Part shown: one piece after another, positions 27,410 to 37,662 of the stretch
Numbering within the stretch: position 1 is the first letter of the stretch
Layout: each line of letters opens with the position of its first letter
DNA from: Acidimicrobiia bacterium
Lineage (GTDB): Bacteria > Actinomycetota > Acidimicrobiia > Spongiisociales > ZC4RG35
Assembly: GCA_035513335.1 (NCBI GenBank)
Contig: DATKCE010000053.1
Span: 25,793 to 89,792 of the forward strand
Direction: 5' to 3'
Length of the DNA stretch: 64,000 nucleotides
Notes under the pieces: generated by a model
Databases searched by the model: none
Seen by the model: only the letters and a program-made list of their open reading frames with translations
Told to the model about the DNA's origin: nothing
Program-made: the position numbers and the translations under genes

Positions 27410-27808
27410 ATGCACCACAAAGTCCTGTGGGCCCTTCAGTGGCTCCTCGGTCTGTACTTCATCTCCATTGGCGTCATGCATCTCGCGGTGCCGGATGGCC
27501 TGCCGGACCCGCTCTCCTGGATGTACGACCTGGGCGACACCGTCCACGTCGTGGCCGGCGTGGTCGAGATCCTCGGTGGGCTCGGTCTCATCCTGCCGGC
27601 GTTGACCCGGGTGCTCCCCATCCTGACTCCGATCGCTGCGATCGGTCTCGGGCTGGTGATGATCGGGGCCGCGGCCTGGCATGCGTCCCGGGGAGAGATC
27701 CAGAGCATCGCGGTCAACCTGATCAACGTGGCGGTGCTCGCCTATGTCGCCTACGGGCGCTTGCGTTTGGCGCCGATCGAGGCGAGGACCGTCGACTCAG
27801 CCGGCTGA
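27410..27808 (+). CDS. DoxX family membrane protein
   Basis: 132-aa 4-TM protein (LQWLLGLYFISIGVMHL..). GAGGAGG SD precedes ATG 27410. Confidence 0.7.
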   Translation: MHHKVLWALQWLLGLYFISIGVMHLAVPDGLPDPLSWMYDLGDTVHVVAGVVEILGGLGLILPALTRVLPILTPIAAIGLGLVMIGAAAWHASRGEIQSIAVNLINVAVLAYVAYGRLRLAPIEARTVDSAG

Positions 27809-29218
27809 GGTGACCGCCGACACCAGTTGCTCGGCGGAGAGACCGTCGACCTGGAGCCTGATGTCGGGCTCGACCCCGGTGCCCCCGAAGTCCTGGCCGT
27901 TGGGAGTGAGCCAGCGGGCGATGGTGAGTTTGAGCGCACCCCCGTTGGAGAGGCTGAACCGTTGCTGGACCGTGTTCTTGCCGAAGGTGTTGGCCCCGAC
28001 GATCACAGCGCGTTCCGCCTCCTGGACGGCAGCGGCCACGACCTCCGAGGCCGAGGCGCTGCCCCCGTTGACCACGATGTAGACGTTGATGTTCTCGGGC
28101 ACGATGGCGTTCCCGTTCACCGGGTAGCTGGTGGATTCGCCCGGGCCGGGTCCCTCTGTGACCACGACGTTGCCTTCTTCGACGAACACCGACGTGACTT
28201 CGATCGCCGTGGTGAGAAAACCTCCAGGGTTGTTCCTGAAGTCGATGACCAGCTCGTCGACGCCGTCGGAGAGACGATCCACGATCGCTTGCTCGAAGAG
28301 TGAGCCCGCGTTGCCGGTGAAGTTGGCGAGGCTTATGTAGCCGACGTCGCCGATGGTCTCGGTTTCGATCGTCGGCACCTGGACGGAGGCGCGAGTGATG
28401 GTGACGTCGAACTCCTCGCCGTCCCTCTCCATGGTGAGGGTGACGTCGGTCCCCGCCGGGCCCCGCACGGCCGCGGTGACTTCGTCGATGGTCCACCCGG
28501 CGATCGACTCGCCGTCGACACCGACTATGACGTCATCGGTCATCAGACCCGCGGCCTCGGCTGGGGCGCTGGAGATGGTCGACACGATGCGGATCCGGCA
28601 GGTCTCGGAGATCACCCCGCATTGCTTGTTGTCGCCGGGGATCGTGTCGTCTTCGGGGGAGACAAGGGCGCCGATGCCCTCGATCTGCCCGTCCTGGTCG
28701 TCCTGCAGCAGGGCCAGCGCTTGGGGGTCGAGATATGCCGAATTGGGGTCGAGACCATATGTCACCATCCCGGTGACCATTGCCTCGGCCGCCTCGACAC
28801 TGTCGTCGGCGGCTCGGGCCGCTACGTCGCATGTCGATTGGAAGGCGGGAACCGGTGTAGCGCAAACCAGCAGTTCGTCGGAGTCGGCCCCGTCGAGCAT
28901 CTCGAGTCCGAGGACGGCTGCATCGGCGAGATATGCCACGTCCACGTCGTCGACATAGCGCTCCAGGACCAGGTCGAAGGTCTCGCAGACGATGGCGACG
29001 TCTTCGTCGGCATCGTCACATTCGACGAGAGCCAGCTCCCGGTCGAGAGTGGGGGAGGTGGTGGTGGGACCCGGGTCAACGGAAGTGGTGGTGGTGGAAT
29101 GCGTGGAGGTGGTGACTGCCGCCGACGTGGTGGTGGGTCCGTCCTCGCCGGTGGACGTGCAGGCAGCTGTGATCAACGCCACAGCGGCCATTGCCGGCAC
29201 GATCTTCCTGGATGTCAT
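27797..29218 (-). CDS. S41 family C-terminal processing peptidase, lipoprotein
   Basis: Lipobox LITAAC, Thr-rich linker, a PDZ-like segment, and an S41 core (RNNPGG.., SASASEVVAAA, ..KLTIARWLTPNG). Confidence 0.88.
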   Translation of the reverse strand: MTSRKIVPAMAAVALITAACTSTGEDGPTTTSAAVTTSTHSTTTTSVDPGPTTTSPTLDRELALVECDDADEDVAIVCETFDLVLERYVDDVDVAYLADAAVLGLEMLDGADSDELLVCATPVPAFQSTCDVAARAADDSVEAAEAMVTGMVTYGLDPNSAYLDPQALALLQDDQDGQIEGIGALVSPEDDTIPGDNKQCGVISETCRIRIVSTISSAPAEAAGLMTDDVIVGVDGESIAGWTIDEVTAAVRGPAGTDVTLTMERDGEEFDVTITRASVQVPTIETETIGDVGYISLANFTGNAGSLFEQAIVDRLSDGVDELVIDFRNNPGGFLTTAIEVTSVFVEEGNVVVTEGPGPGESTSYPVNGNAIVPENINVYIVVNGGSASASEVVAAAVQEAERAVIVGANTFGKNTVQQRFSLSNGGALKLTIARWLTPNGQDFGGTGVEPDIRLQVDGLSAEQLVSAVTSAG

Positions 29219-30603
29219 GAGGTCGCTTCCAGCGCAAGCTCGACGATCTCCTCGACGGTGGCTCCCGATGGCCAGCTGACCTCGATGTCGGGGATCAACC
29301 CGCCTTCTGCGACGGTGTCGCCCGACGGTGTCGACCAGCGGGCGACGGCCAGGTGGAACTCGCCGCCGTTGCGCAGGGAGAAGGGTATCTGCACCGCGTC
29401 TTTACCGAACGTGTCGTTGCCGACGACGACGGCGTTGCGCCGGTCTCTCAGCGCACCGGCGAGGATCTCGGCGGACGAGGCCGTCCCCTGGTTCACCAGG
29501 ACGAGGAGACGCTGGGAGGTGGCAAAGCCGCCCGCCGTGGCCGGGTAGTCTTGGGAGCCGGATGGCGAGAGGCTGGACATGACGGTTCCCCCGTCGATGA
29601 ACAGGTCGGCCACCGCCACCACCGCGTCGATATAGCCCCCCGGGTTGTCACGGAGGTCCACGACGATGGTCTCTGCGCCCCCGGAGACGATGTCGTCGAT
29701 GCTGTCGGCGACCAACAGCGGCACGTCGAGCTCGAAGTCGGGGATCCTGATGTAGCCGATCCCGCTGCGGGGCACCCCGAACTCGACGGCCGGTATCTCA
29801 AGCTCGGCGCGTTCGAGCGTGTATGAAGACTCCGACCCTGCGCGCTCGATGGTGATGTCGACCGGGCCCGACTCGTCGCCGGAGATGAGCGCGACGACCT
29901 CGGTGAAACCCTTCCCTGCAACGGGATCTCCATCGACCGCCGTGATGAGGTCGCCGGGCATGAGGCCGGCGTTCGACGCCGGATTGTCTTCCAGGACCAT
30001 GACGATCTCCAGTGCGCAGACCTCGGTGATCCGGGTGCACTTGGATCCGGCGGCGTCTCTGGCATCGAGCAGGACTCCGATACCGCCGACGATCCCGTTG
30101 AGACGCAGCGATCCCACCTGCCCGGGCGGCAGGTAGTAGCTGAAAGGGTCCAGCCCGAAGTCGATCATGTGTGCCATGGCCGCTTCCACCGCAGGCCCCA
30201 CGGGTATGTGGTCTGAGTCGACTCGGGAGACCAATGCGTCGCACAGCGGTATGAACGCACGATGGGGAATCGCGCAGATGAGAGTGCGAGGTGGTTCCTC
30301 GGTCTCGGTGGTGGTGAACCCCTCGAGACCTTCGATCGCCTGGCTGGCGAGCATCTCGGCGTCCACCGGGGCATCCATGTACCACTCCTCGAGCAGCTCG
30401 AAGATCTCACAGAGCGGGCTGAAGGTCACCGGGGGCGAGTTGCAGCCCCGAACCTCCATCGCGGTCGTCTCGGTGGTCGTGGTGAGCGTTGGCGGTCGAG
30501 CCGTCTCCAGAGCAGGGTGCGTCGTGCTGGTGACAGCTTCCGGGACCGCGCACGCCGAGACGAACATCAGAAGGACGACGAGAAGCCGGTTCATTGACGC
30601 CAT
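29215..30603 (-). CDS. S41 family C-terminal processing peptidase, lipoprotein (tandem paralogue)
   Basis: Lipobox MFVSAC and an S41 core (LRDNPGGY, TASSAEILAGAL, HLAVARWSTPSG). Start trimmed to ATG 30603/30594 within ORF 29215..31257. ATGA overlap with the downstream paralogue. Confidence 0.85.
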   Translation of the reverse strand: MASMNRLLVVLLMFVSACAVPEAVTSTTHPALETARPPTLTTTTETTAMEVRGCNSPPVTFSPLCEIFELLEEWYMDAPVDAEMLASQAIEGLEGFTTTETEEPPRTLICAIPHRAFIPLCDALVSRVDSDHIPVGPAVEAAMAHMIDFGLDPFSYYLPPGQVGSLRLNGIVGGIGVLLDARDAAGSKCTRITEVCALEIVMVLEDNPASNAGLMPGDLITAVDGDPVAGKGFTEVVALISGDESGPVDITIERAGSESSYTLERAELEIPAVEFGVPRSGIGYIRIPDFELDVPLLVADSIDDIVSGGAETIVVDLRDNPGGYIDAVVAVADLFIDGGTVMSSLSPSGSQDYPATAGGFATSQRLLVLVNQGTASSAEILAGALRDRRNAVVVGNDTFGKDAVQIPFSLRNGGEFHLAVARWSTPSGDTVAEGGLIPDIEVSWPSGATVEEIVELALEATS

Positions 30604-30636
30604 TATGAGGAATCGTCGGCAGTTACCGTCCCAATC

Positions 30637-31701
30637 GTGAGTCTTCGAGTCGTGCTCAGGTCTCCCTCCGGAGAGAGGGTGGTGCGTGATGTCGTCGACG
30701 GTCGCTGGGCCGAGGCCCGGGGAGATGCTGATACGACCGTGGGAGAGGATCTCTGGGCCCTTCCCGGGCTGGTGGACGCCCACACCCACCTGGCCGCTGC
30801 CGAGCTCGACTATCAGCCCGGTGTGCTCGACGAGGCCCTCGAACGGGCCCAGGCCGCGCTCCGCGCCGGGGTCACCCTGGTGCTGGACAAGGGCTGGACG
30901 GACGATGTCACCATCCGGCTGATCGACCAGCTGGAGGAAGGAAATCGGCCCGAGATCGAGGCCGCGGCGGAGATCATCGCCAGCGTCGGCGGGTATTACC
31001 CCGGTTTCGCCCTCGAGGTCTCCGAAGACCGGTTCGCCGCCACGGTGGCCGCCCAGGCCGCCGCCGGAGCAGGATGGGTCAAGCTGATCGGCGACTGGCC
31101 CCGACGTGGCATCGGCCCGGTGGCCAACTTCGACGGTGCACAGTTGCGCACCGCGGTGGAGATCGCCGAGTCGGCTGGAGCGCGTGTGGCGATCCATACC
31201 ATGGCCCGCGAGGTGCCGTCGGCGGCGGTTGCCGCGGGTGTCCATTCCATCGAGCACGGAATGTTCCTCGAGGAGAGTGATCTCGATGTCCTGGGGGGTC
31301 GCGAAGGCATGTGGGTGCCGACCGTGCTGCGCTGTGAGGCGACGCTGGCTCAGCTGGGGGAGTCATCCGGTGGCGGGAGGCTCTTCGTCGAGGGCCTCAA
31401 ACGGTTCCGGAGCCTGTTGCCGCCGGCGATCGAAGCCGGAGTTCGAGTCCTGGCGGGCACCGACCTCGTCGGCTCACCGGCGGATGTCGCCGCCGAAGCG
31501 ATCCGGTTGGGCGACTACGGGCTCTCCAGCCGCCAGGTCGTCGATGCGGTGTCGACCACCGCCTTTGTCGCCACCGGTCGCCCGGCTGTGTTCGAAGTCG
31601 GGGCCCCCGCCGATGCGGTGCTCTTCGCCGAGAACCCGATCGACTCATTGGAGGTTCTCAACCACCCGGCCCGGATCATCCGCCTGGGGGGTCTGCGGTG
31701 A
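30637..31701 (+). CDS. Amidohydrolase family protein (metal-dependent)
   Basis: LPGLVDAHTHL metal-binding motif, later HTMA and EHG. 354 aa. Confidence 0.8.
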   Translation: MSLRVVLRSPSGERVVRDVVDGRWAEARGDADTTVGEDLWALPGLVDAHTHLAAAELDYQPGVLDEALERAQAALRAGVTLVLDKGWTDDVTIRLIDQLEEGNRPEIEAAAEIIASVGGYYPGFALEVSEDRFAATVAAQAAAGAGWVKLIGDWPRRGIGPVANFDGAQLRTAVEIAESAGARVAIHTMAREVPSAAVAAGVHSIEHGMFLEESDLDVLGGREGMWVPTVLRCEATLAQLGESSGGGRLFVEGLKRFRSLLPPAIEAGVRVLAGTDLVGSPADVAAEAIRLGDYGLSSRQVVDAVSTTAFVATGRPAVFEVGAPADAVLFAENPIDSLEVLNHPARIIRLGGLR

Positions 31702-32282
31702 GGCTGCTACTCGCCTCGGGCTCCTCACGGAGGGCCGACCTGTTGGCTCAACTCGGGCTTCGGTTCGACGTGAAGACGCCAGACGTCGACGAGACCAGGA
31801 GACCCGACGAGGAGCCGAGCACCTATGTCGAGCGAGTCGCCCGGGACAAGGCGGAGGCAGTGGCAACCGCCGACGCCGTCGTGGTGGCCGGCGACACCGC
31901 AGTCGTGTACGAGGGACACATCATGGGAAAGCCCGGTCACCCCGAAGAGGCGAGGTCGATGCTGAGAAGACTCCAGGGCGACGTCCACGAGGTGCTGACC
32001 GGTCTCGCCGTGGCCGCGTCCGGCGAGATCCACTCGCTCGTCGACGTGACGATCGTCAGAATGCTGCCCATGACCGACGATGAGATCGGTGACTATGTCG
32101 ACACCGGTGAGCCGATGGACAAGGCTGGAGCCTACGCCCTGCAGGGAAGAGGAGGCGCCTTTGTCGAGTCGGTGAATGGGAGTCCCTTCACCGTCGTCGG
32201 GCTGCCGATCCACCTCCTCCCCCGGTTGCTCGCCCGGGTGGGAGCCGACATACGCCGTTTCGATACGAGCCGGCCGGTCTAA
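31698..32282 (+). CDS. maf: Maf-like nucleoside triphosphate pyrophosphatase
   Basis: LLLASGSSRRADLLAQLGL.. and DKAGAYALQG motifs. GTGA overlap with the upstream gene. Confidence 0.9.
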   Translation: MRLLLASGSSRRADLLAQLGLRFDVKTPDVDETRRPDEEPSTYVERVARDKAEAVATADAVVVAGDTAVVYEGHIMGKPGHPEEARSMLRRLQGDVHEVLTGLAVAASGEIHSLVDVTIVRMLPMTDDEIGDYVDTGEPMDKAGAYALQGRGGAFVESVNGSPFTVVGLPIHLLPRLLARVGADIRRFDTSRPV

Positions 32283-32293
32283 GTTGTAGCCAC

Positions 32294-33244
32294 ATGCGCA
32301 AGACGACCCTGGTCATCGCCATGTTCGCTGCGGCCTGCAGCCCGGCCGACTCCGCCGACACCACGACGTCGACCGAGCCCTCCCTGCCATCGACCACATC
32401 CGCGAGCCCCGTCACCACGACGACCGCACCGCCCGCCACCACCACGATTCCCCCGACCACGACCACATCCCTCGGCGACACGACGACCACGACAGAACTC
32501 GAAGGCAACTGGGCACACGGGCCGTTGGTGACCACCGGGTTCGGTGCGCTCGGCTGGTGGGATGGCAGCGGATGGCTGGACGCGGAGAGCGAGGGAGCGC
32601 TGCCGGTCGCCGGGGGAGAGGATTACCAGGTGATCGTTCTCGACCAGTTGGGACGGACCACGGGCGGGGCCCAGATCACGGTCTGTGAGCCGCTGGATCT
32701 CATCAGCGTCGAGCTCGCCGATCCCGAGCTGCTCGGACAGTTCCCCGGGCCCTACGGGGTCGCCATCTCCGCGCCATGGCCCCTCCAACCTCACTTGTTC
32801 GAGGTCGTCACCGACGACGGCACCTACGCCGGCTTTGCCGCACAGCTGCTCGCCGAACGTGGCCTCGACGTCGCCGAGCCCGTCATCAAGCAGCTGTTCC
32901 GAACCGACCTCGAGGGTGACGGCATCAACGAAGTGCTCGTCGTGGCCGAGGAGGTCAGCCCCGGATTCATCATGGAGGAGGGTGACTACTCGATCGCCTT
33001 CATGCGCAAGGTGGTCGACGGAGAGGTCCAGACCGCGATCCTCGGTGAGACGCTGGTCTTCGACGAGATGGACCAGTTCGGGGCGGCGCACTTCTTCGGA
33101 GGAGTCGCCGATCTCAACGGTGACGGGAAGATGGAGATCATCGTCAACGCGGCTTTCTTCGAGGGGTTCGCCGTAGAGGTCTGGGAGTATGTGGACGACG
33201 ACCTGGGGCCCCTCCTGGTCTTGCAGATGGGATGCGGAAGCTGA
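32294..33244 (+). CDS. Hypothetical lipoprotein with a Thr-rich linker and FG-GAP/VCBS-like Asp-Gly motifs
   Basis: Lipobox MFAAAC, a ~50-aa Thr/Pro tract, then DLEGDGINEV and DLNGDGKMEI. Confidence 0.6.
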   Translation: MRKTTLVIAMFAAACSPADSADTTTSTEPSLPSTTSASPVTTTTAPPATTTIPPTTTTSLGDTTTTTELEGNWAHGPLVTTGFGALGWWDGSGWLDAESEGALPVAGGEDYQVIVLDQLGRTTGGAQITVCEPLDLISVELADPELLGQFPGPYGVAISAPWPLQPHLFEVVTDDGTYAGFAAQLLAERGLDVAEPVIKQLFRTDLEGDGINEVLVVAEEVSPGFIMEEGDYSIAFMRKVVDGEVQTAILGETLVFDEMDQFGAAHFFGGVADLNGDGKMEIIVNAAFFEGFAVEVWEYVDDDLGPLLVLQMGCGS

Positions 33245-33651
33245 TGGAGAACCCGTTCGAAGATCGCCCGACGTTCGTGATGCACAGTGGCATAGAGCTC
33301 ACCGATGCCTCGGTGGATCATTGCGAGGGTCGTGTCGAGGTGACCCCTAATCATCACCAGCCCTATGGCGTGGTGCACGGTGGCGTCTACTGCACCCTCA
33401 TCGAGACCCTCGCCTCCACCGGCGCCGCCCTCTGGGCCATGAAGCAAGGGATGGCCGGGGCCATGGGCGTCTCCAACAAGACCGACTTCCTCAGGGCGAC
33501 CACTGACGGAGTCCTGGTCGGCAAGGCGACGCCGATCCATCGTGGGCGGACCCAGCAGCTGTGGCAGGTCGATGTCACCAGGGAGGAGGATGGACGACTG
33601 GTGGCCCAGGGCCAGGTCAGGCTGCAGAACGTGACGAAGACCGACTTCTGA
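33244..33651 (+). CDS. PaaI-family hotdog-fold thioesterase
   Basis: NHHQPYGVVHGGVYCTLIETLAS motif. ATG 33244 overlaps the upstream stop (TGATG). An alternative ATG is at 33232. Confidence 0.8.
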   Translation: MENPFEDRPTFVMHSGIELTDASVDHCEGRVEVTPNHHQPYGVVHGGVYCTLIETLASTGAALWAMKQGMAGAMGVSNKTDFLRATTDGVLVGKATPIHRGRTQQLWQVDVTREEDGRLVAQGQVRLQNVTKTDF

Positions 33652-33659
33652 GTCGGGGG

Positions 33660-34088
33660 TCACTCACCGGTGTCTGGTGGAACCTGCCGACCCTCGGACA
33701 CCGCGGCGAGGCGCGGGATGTAGCGTTGCCAGCCCGCCAGGTGCAGAGGGACCTCATCCTCCGGCAGATCATGATGACTCAGCGTGACCAACGATCCACC
33801 GTCTACCTCGGTGATCTCGACCTCGACTGTCGATGACCCCGGCGGGATCCTCGGGTGGTCGTCCCACCCCCAGGTAAATGCCACCTTCTCGTTGGGCACC
33901 AGCTCGAGGAACCGTCCCCGGGCCACGGCTCCAGTCGGCATCGTCATGACGAGCTCGCCGCCCGGCCTCGGCTCGATGACCGAGTCGACACCTTGCCACT
34001 GCACCCATCGGCTCGACTCGGTGAAATACCGGTACACCGTCTCGGGCGGAGCAGCGACATGCCGCGTGACGACGATCGGGTTGCTCAC
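33660..34088 (-). CDS. SRPBCC/AHSA1-family protein
   Basis: VTRHVAAPPETVYRYFTESSRWVQWQG.. typical Aha1/START-like N-terminus. GTG 34088 overlaps the ArsR stop (GTGA). Confidence 0.75.
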   Translation of the reverse strand: MSNPIVVTRHVAAPPETVYRYFTESSRWVQWQGVDSVIEPRPGGELVMTMPTGAVARGRFLELVPNEKVAFTWGWDDHPRIPPGSSTVEVEITEVDGGSLVTLSHHDLPEDEVPLHLAGWQRYIPRLAAVSEGRQVPPDTGE

Positions 34089-34390
34089 CGATCGTCCCGC
34101 TCGATGGTCTCCGCCAGGTCGTCTAGGGCACCGGCCCACATTGCTTCCAAGACGGGTCGTAGTGGGCCGAGGGCCTCCTTGTCGGCTCGATACAGACGCC
34201 GGTTTCCCTCCTTGCGCACGTTCACGAACCCCGAGTAGCGGAGGACGGCTAGGTGCTGGGATACCGCGCCGAAGGTGATGTCGAAGCTCTCCGCGATATC
34301 GCCAGCCGCGAGCTCGTCGTCCCACACCAGGCCGAGTATCCGTCGCCGTCGCGGCTCGGCGATCACCTGGAGTCCGTCCACGGAAGACAC
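34085..34390 (-). CDS. ArsR/SmtB family transcriptional regulator
   Basis: LQVIAEPRRRRILGLV..AGDIAESFDITFGAVSQHLAVLRYSGFV winged-HTH. Confidence 0.88.
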   Translation of the reverse strand: MSSVDGLQVIAEPRRRRILGLVWDDELAAGDIAESFDITFGAVSQHLAVLRYSGFVNVRKEGNRRLYRADKEALGPLRPVLEAMWAGALDDLAETIERDDR

Positions 34391-34475
34391 TCTACCGGCC
34401 AGTTTTAGTCAGAGTTGAAATAGTTGCGAAACGCGAGTATCTTAGCCTTGTCTAAAATAGAACGAAGGAGCGGAT

Positions 34476-34913
34476 GTGGGCACGTACGCGGTGCAAGCCA
34501 GATTCGAGACTGGGGCCTCGAGAGCAGACGTCATGAGGTGGATCGTCGACGCCGAAGGGATCGCCGGCTGGTGGTCGGACGGGGTGACCGGCTCAGCCTC
34601 CTCAGACGGTGACGAGTTCCACGTCACCTTTCCAACGACCGACGTGGTGTTCGACCTGGTCGTGACCGAGATGACAGACCGAACGGTCGAGTGGCACGTC
34701 TCGGAGAGCCCGCCGTGGTGGAAGGGCACCACAATCAGATTCGAGCTCGGCGACGGCGTGGAAGGCGAGGGGACATCCCTGTTGTTCACCCATCGGGGTT
34801 TCGAGCCCGACGACCCGGTGATCGCGGTGATCACACCAGCTTGGGTCGGGTTCCTCAACAATCTCATCGCGGTGTCGGAATCGGGCGAGCCCGCTCCCGC
34901 CGTCGTCAACTGA
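34476..34913 (+). CDS. SRPBCC family protein
   Basis: 145-aa ORF (GTG start), divergent from arsR. It has the IAGWW motif typical of AHSA1-like proteins. Confidence 0.7.
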   Translation: MGTYAVQARFETGASRADVMRWIVDAEGIAGWWSDGVTGSASSDGDEFHVTFPTTDVVFDLVVTEMTDRTVEWHVSESPPWWKGTTIRFELGDGVEGEGTSLLFTHRGFEPDDPVIAVITPAWVGFLNNLIAVSESGEPAPAVVN

Positions 34914-34950
34914 TATCCGCGCGTGTGCCTACATCTAGGCTCACGCCCAC

Positions 34951-36618
34951 ATGCTCGATCTCACGTTTCCACTGCACGCTCCCCATGGCGCGGACCTGAA
35001 CACAAAGGGATGGCTCCAGGAGGCTGCGCTCAGGTGCCTGCTCAACAACCTCGATCCGGAGGTCGCCGAGGACCCAGAGAACCTCGTGGTCTACGGTGGT
35101 CGGGGCAAGGCAGCGCGTGACATCGACTCGCTCCACGCCATCGTCCGCACCCTCGAGCGTCTCGAGGACGACGAGACCATGCTGGTCCAGTCGGGCAAAC
35201 CGGTAGGCGTCTTCACGACACACGAGTTGGCGCCGCGGGTCCTCATCGCCAACAGCCTCTTGGTGCCGAGATGGGCGACTCTCGACCACTTCTGGGAGCT
35301 GGAAGCAAAGGGTCTGATGATGTACGGGCAGATGACGGCCGGATCGTGGATCTACATCGGGACCCAGGGCATCCTCCAGGGCACGTATCAAACCTTCACA
35401 GCCATCGCCAACAAGGAGTTCGGAGGGAGTCTCGCCGGGACCCTCACGCTCACCGGCGGTCTCGGAGGCATGGGCGGGGCTCAGCCACTGGCGATCACCA
35501 TGAACGGCGGGGTGGCACTCTGCGTGGAGGTCGATCCGGTCCGGATCCGCCGGAGGCTGGAGACCGGCTACCTGGATGTGGAGGCCGACTCACTCGAACA
35601 CGCCATCGAGTTGGCGGCCGAGGCGAAGGAGGCGAAGAAGGCGCTCTCCATCGGTCTCCTCGGAAATGCCGCCGATGTGTTTCCCGAGCTGCTCGACATG
35701 GGTCTCGACGTGGACATCGTCACCGACCAGACCTCCGCACACGATCCCCTCTACGGATACATCCCGTCGGGATACACCCCCGAAGAGGCGGCGAAGTTGA
35801 GAGAGGACGACCCCGACACCTACATCAAATCGGCCCGGGAGTCGATTGCGACGCATTGTGAGGCCATGGTCGGCTTCTCGCGGGCGGGGGCCGAGGTCTT
35901 CGACTACGGGAACAACCTGCGTGGCGAGGCCCAGACGGCCGGTTACGCCGATGCCTTCTCCTATCCCGGCTTCGTCCCGGCATACATCCGGAACCTCTTC
36001 TCGGAGGGCTCCGGGCCGTTCCGATGGGTGGCATTGAGTGGCGACCCCGCCGACATCGCGGCCACCGATCGCGCCATCGCCGATCTGTTCCCCGACAACG
36101 AGCCGCTGCTGCGTTGGCTGGAGTTGGCCGGCGAGAGAGTCCACTACCAGGGTCTCCCGGCCCGGATCTGCTGGCTGTCCTATGGGGAGCGGCATCTCGC
36201 CGGTCTCCGCTTCAACGAACTGGTGGCCTCCGGCGAGGTCTCGGCTCCGATCGTCATCGGGCGGGATCACCTCGACTCCGGTTCGGTGGCCTCGCCGTTC
36301 CGGGAGACCGAGGCCATGGCCGACGGCTCAGACGCCGTCGCCGACTGGCCCATCCTCAATGCGATGCTCAACGTGTCGTCCGGGGCTGCCTGGGTCGCGG
36401 TCCACCACGGAGGCGGAGTGGGGATCGGCAACTCGATCCATGCCGGTGCCCAAGTCGTGGCCGATGGGACCGATCAGGGGGCCTTCCGGGTGCAGCGGGT
36501 GCTGACCAACGACCCCGGCACGGGTGTGATGCGTCATGCCGATGCCGGGTATGCCCGAGCCCGGGAGGTGGCCAGGGAGCGCGGCGTCGATATCCCGATG
36601 CTCGATCGTGACGACTGA
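34951..36618 (+). CDS. hutU: Urocanate hydratase
   Basis: Full-length match by eye to urocanase ([46 protein letters not shown]). Confidence 0.95.
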   Translation: MLDLTFPLHAPHGADLNTKGWLQEAALRCLLNNLDPEVAEDPENLVVYGGRGKAARDIDSLHAIVRTLERLEDDETMLVQSGKPVGVFTTHELAPRVLIANSLLVPRWATLDHFWELEAKGLMMYGQMTAGSWIYIGTQGILQGTYQTFTAIANKEFGGSLAGTLTLTGGLGGMGGAQPLAITMNGGVALCVEVDPVRIRRRLETGYLDVEADSLEHAIELAAEAKEAKKALSIGLLGNAADVFPELLDMGLDVDIVTDQTSAHDPLYGYIPSGYTPEEAAKLREDDPDTYIKSARESIATHCEAMVGFSRAGAEVFDYGNNLRGEAQTAGYADAFSYPGFVPAYIRNLFSEGSGPFRWVALSGDPADIAATDRAIADLFPDNEPLLRWLELAGERVHYQGLPARICWLSYGERHLAGLRFNELVASGEVSAPIVIGRDHLDSGSVASPFRETEAMADGSDAVADWPILNAMLNVSSGAAWVAVHHGGGVGIGNSIHAGAQVVADGTDQGAFRVQRVLTNDPGTGVMRHADAGYARAREVARERGVDIPMLDRDD

Positions 36619-37504
36619 CGCCCACTGGCCCCAGGCCAACATCTGGCTTGCCGGCGAGGCCGAAGAAGCCGACCTGTTGGTCGTAGGGGTTCCCTCGTCG
36701 AAGGCCAGTCTCTTCCCCTCGCGCGCCGACCTCGCCCCACTCGAGGTGCGGCAGCGGCTCGACCGTTTCTCGACCTTTCACGGCGAGACCGGGATCGACT
36801 TCTCTTCGGTAGCCGTGTGGGACATGGGCAACTGGCCGGTGTCGGAGGTCGCCATGGTCGACCTGGTCGACGAGATCGCCTTGCTGACGCGAGACCTGCC
36901 CTCGGCCGAGCTCATCCTGTTCCTCGGTGGCGACAACGCCATTACCCGTCCCCTGGTCTCCGCGGTGGCGGACGACCTCTCCGATGTCGGGTTGATCACC
37001 TTCGATGCCCACCACGACGTTCGCACTCTCGCCAACGGCCCTACCAACGGAACTCCGGTTCGGGGCCTGATCGAGGAGCACGGGCTTCCCGGGGCAAATG
37101 TGGTCCAGATCGGCATCCACTCGTTCGCCAATTCGGCGGAGTACCGGAGCTACTGCGAGGAGGCCGGTGTCACCAGCGTGACAGTGGACCAGGTGGAGAC
37201 GATGGGGATGGCCGCCGCCGTGGACTCCGCCCTGGAGCAACTCAGCGCCTCCTGCTCGGCGGTCTACGTCGACGTGGACGTCGATGTTCTCGACCGCGCC
37301 TTCGCCCCGGCCTGCCCCGGCGCCCGGCCCGGGGGGCTCACCGTGCGACAGCTCGCCCAGGGGGTGGCCCGGTGTGCAGCACATCCCGCGGTGCGAGCGA
37401 TGGACTTCGTCGAGGTGGACCCCACCATCGACATCGCCCACCAGACCGTCGACGTGATGGCCCACCTCCTGATGACCGCCGCCGCCGGCTTCGCGTCGCG
37501 CTGA
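36608..37504 (+). CDS. hutG: Arginase-fold hydrolase, probable formimidoylglutamase
   Basis: GGDNAIT, DAHHD and VDVDVDVLD Mn-binding motifs. GTG 36608 overlaps the hutU end. Assignment is by context with hutU. Confidence 0.65.
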   Translation: MTTDAHWPQANIWLAGEAEEADLLVVGVPSSKASLFPSRADLAPLEVRQRLDRFSTFHGETGIDFSSVAVWDMGNWPVSEVAMVDLVDEIALLTRDLPSAELILFLGGDNAITRPLVSAVADDLSDVGLITFDAHHDVRTLANGPTNGTPVRGLIEEHGLPGANVVQIGIHSFANSAEYRSYCEEAGVTSVTVDQVETMGMAAAVDSALEQLSASCSAVYVDVDVDVLDRAFAPACPGARPGGLTVRQLAQGVARCAAHPAVRAMDFVEVDPTIDIAHQTVDVMAHLLMTAAAGFASR

Positions 37505-37513
37505 CCACTTTCC

Positions 37514-37531
37514 TCGTCGGAGTTCCGACGA
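37514..37531 (+). terminator. Short hairpin after the hutG stop
   Basis: TCGTCGGA-GT-TCCGACGA, 10 nt after the TGA. No T-tract. Confidence 0.35.
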
Positions 37532-37622
37532 CGCCGGGGCCATTGGGAATCCCACCTCCCCGTCTCTCCCCCAGCGGGGAGAGCACCGGCGCAGCGGGGG
37601 AGAGGAGAGCCTCTTCCCTTGG

Positions 37623-37650
37623 CTCCCCCAACGTCGCTCCGCTCCTGGGG
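37623..37650. repeat. 28-nt repeat copy A (CTCCCCCAACGTCGCTCCGCTCCTGGGG) in the dus 3' UTR
   Basis: 26/28 identical to 55212-55239 inside nrdJ, in the same orientation. It lies in the hairpin-rich convergent intergenic region 37505-37662. Confidence 0.75.
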
Positions 37651-37662
37651 AGGAAGCGGGGC

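Noticed and set aside
29215-31257. N-terminally extended ORFs taken at face value (also 16446..17930, 11471..12742, 850..1854, 7934..9166, 58725..60068)
   Set aside because: The extensions overlap neighbouring genes on the other strand and lack domain signal. Internal starts give proper signal peptides or Walker motifs, ribosome-binding sites or start/stop coupling, so the coordinates were trimmed.
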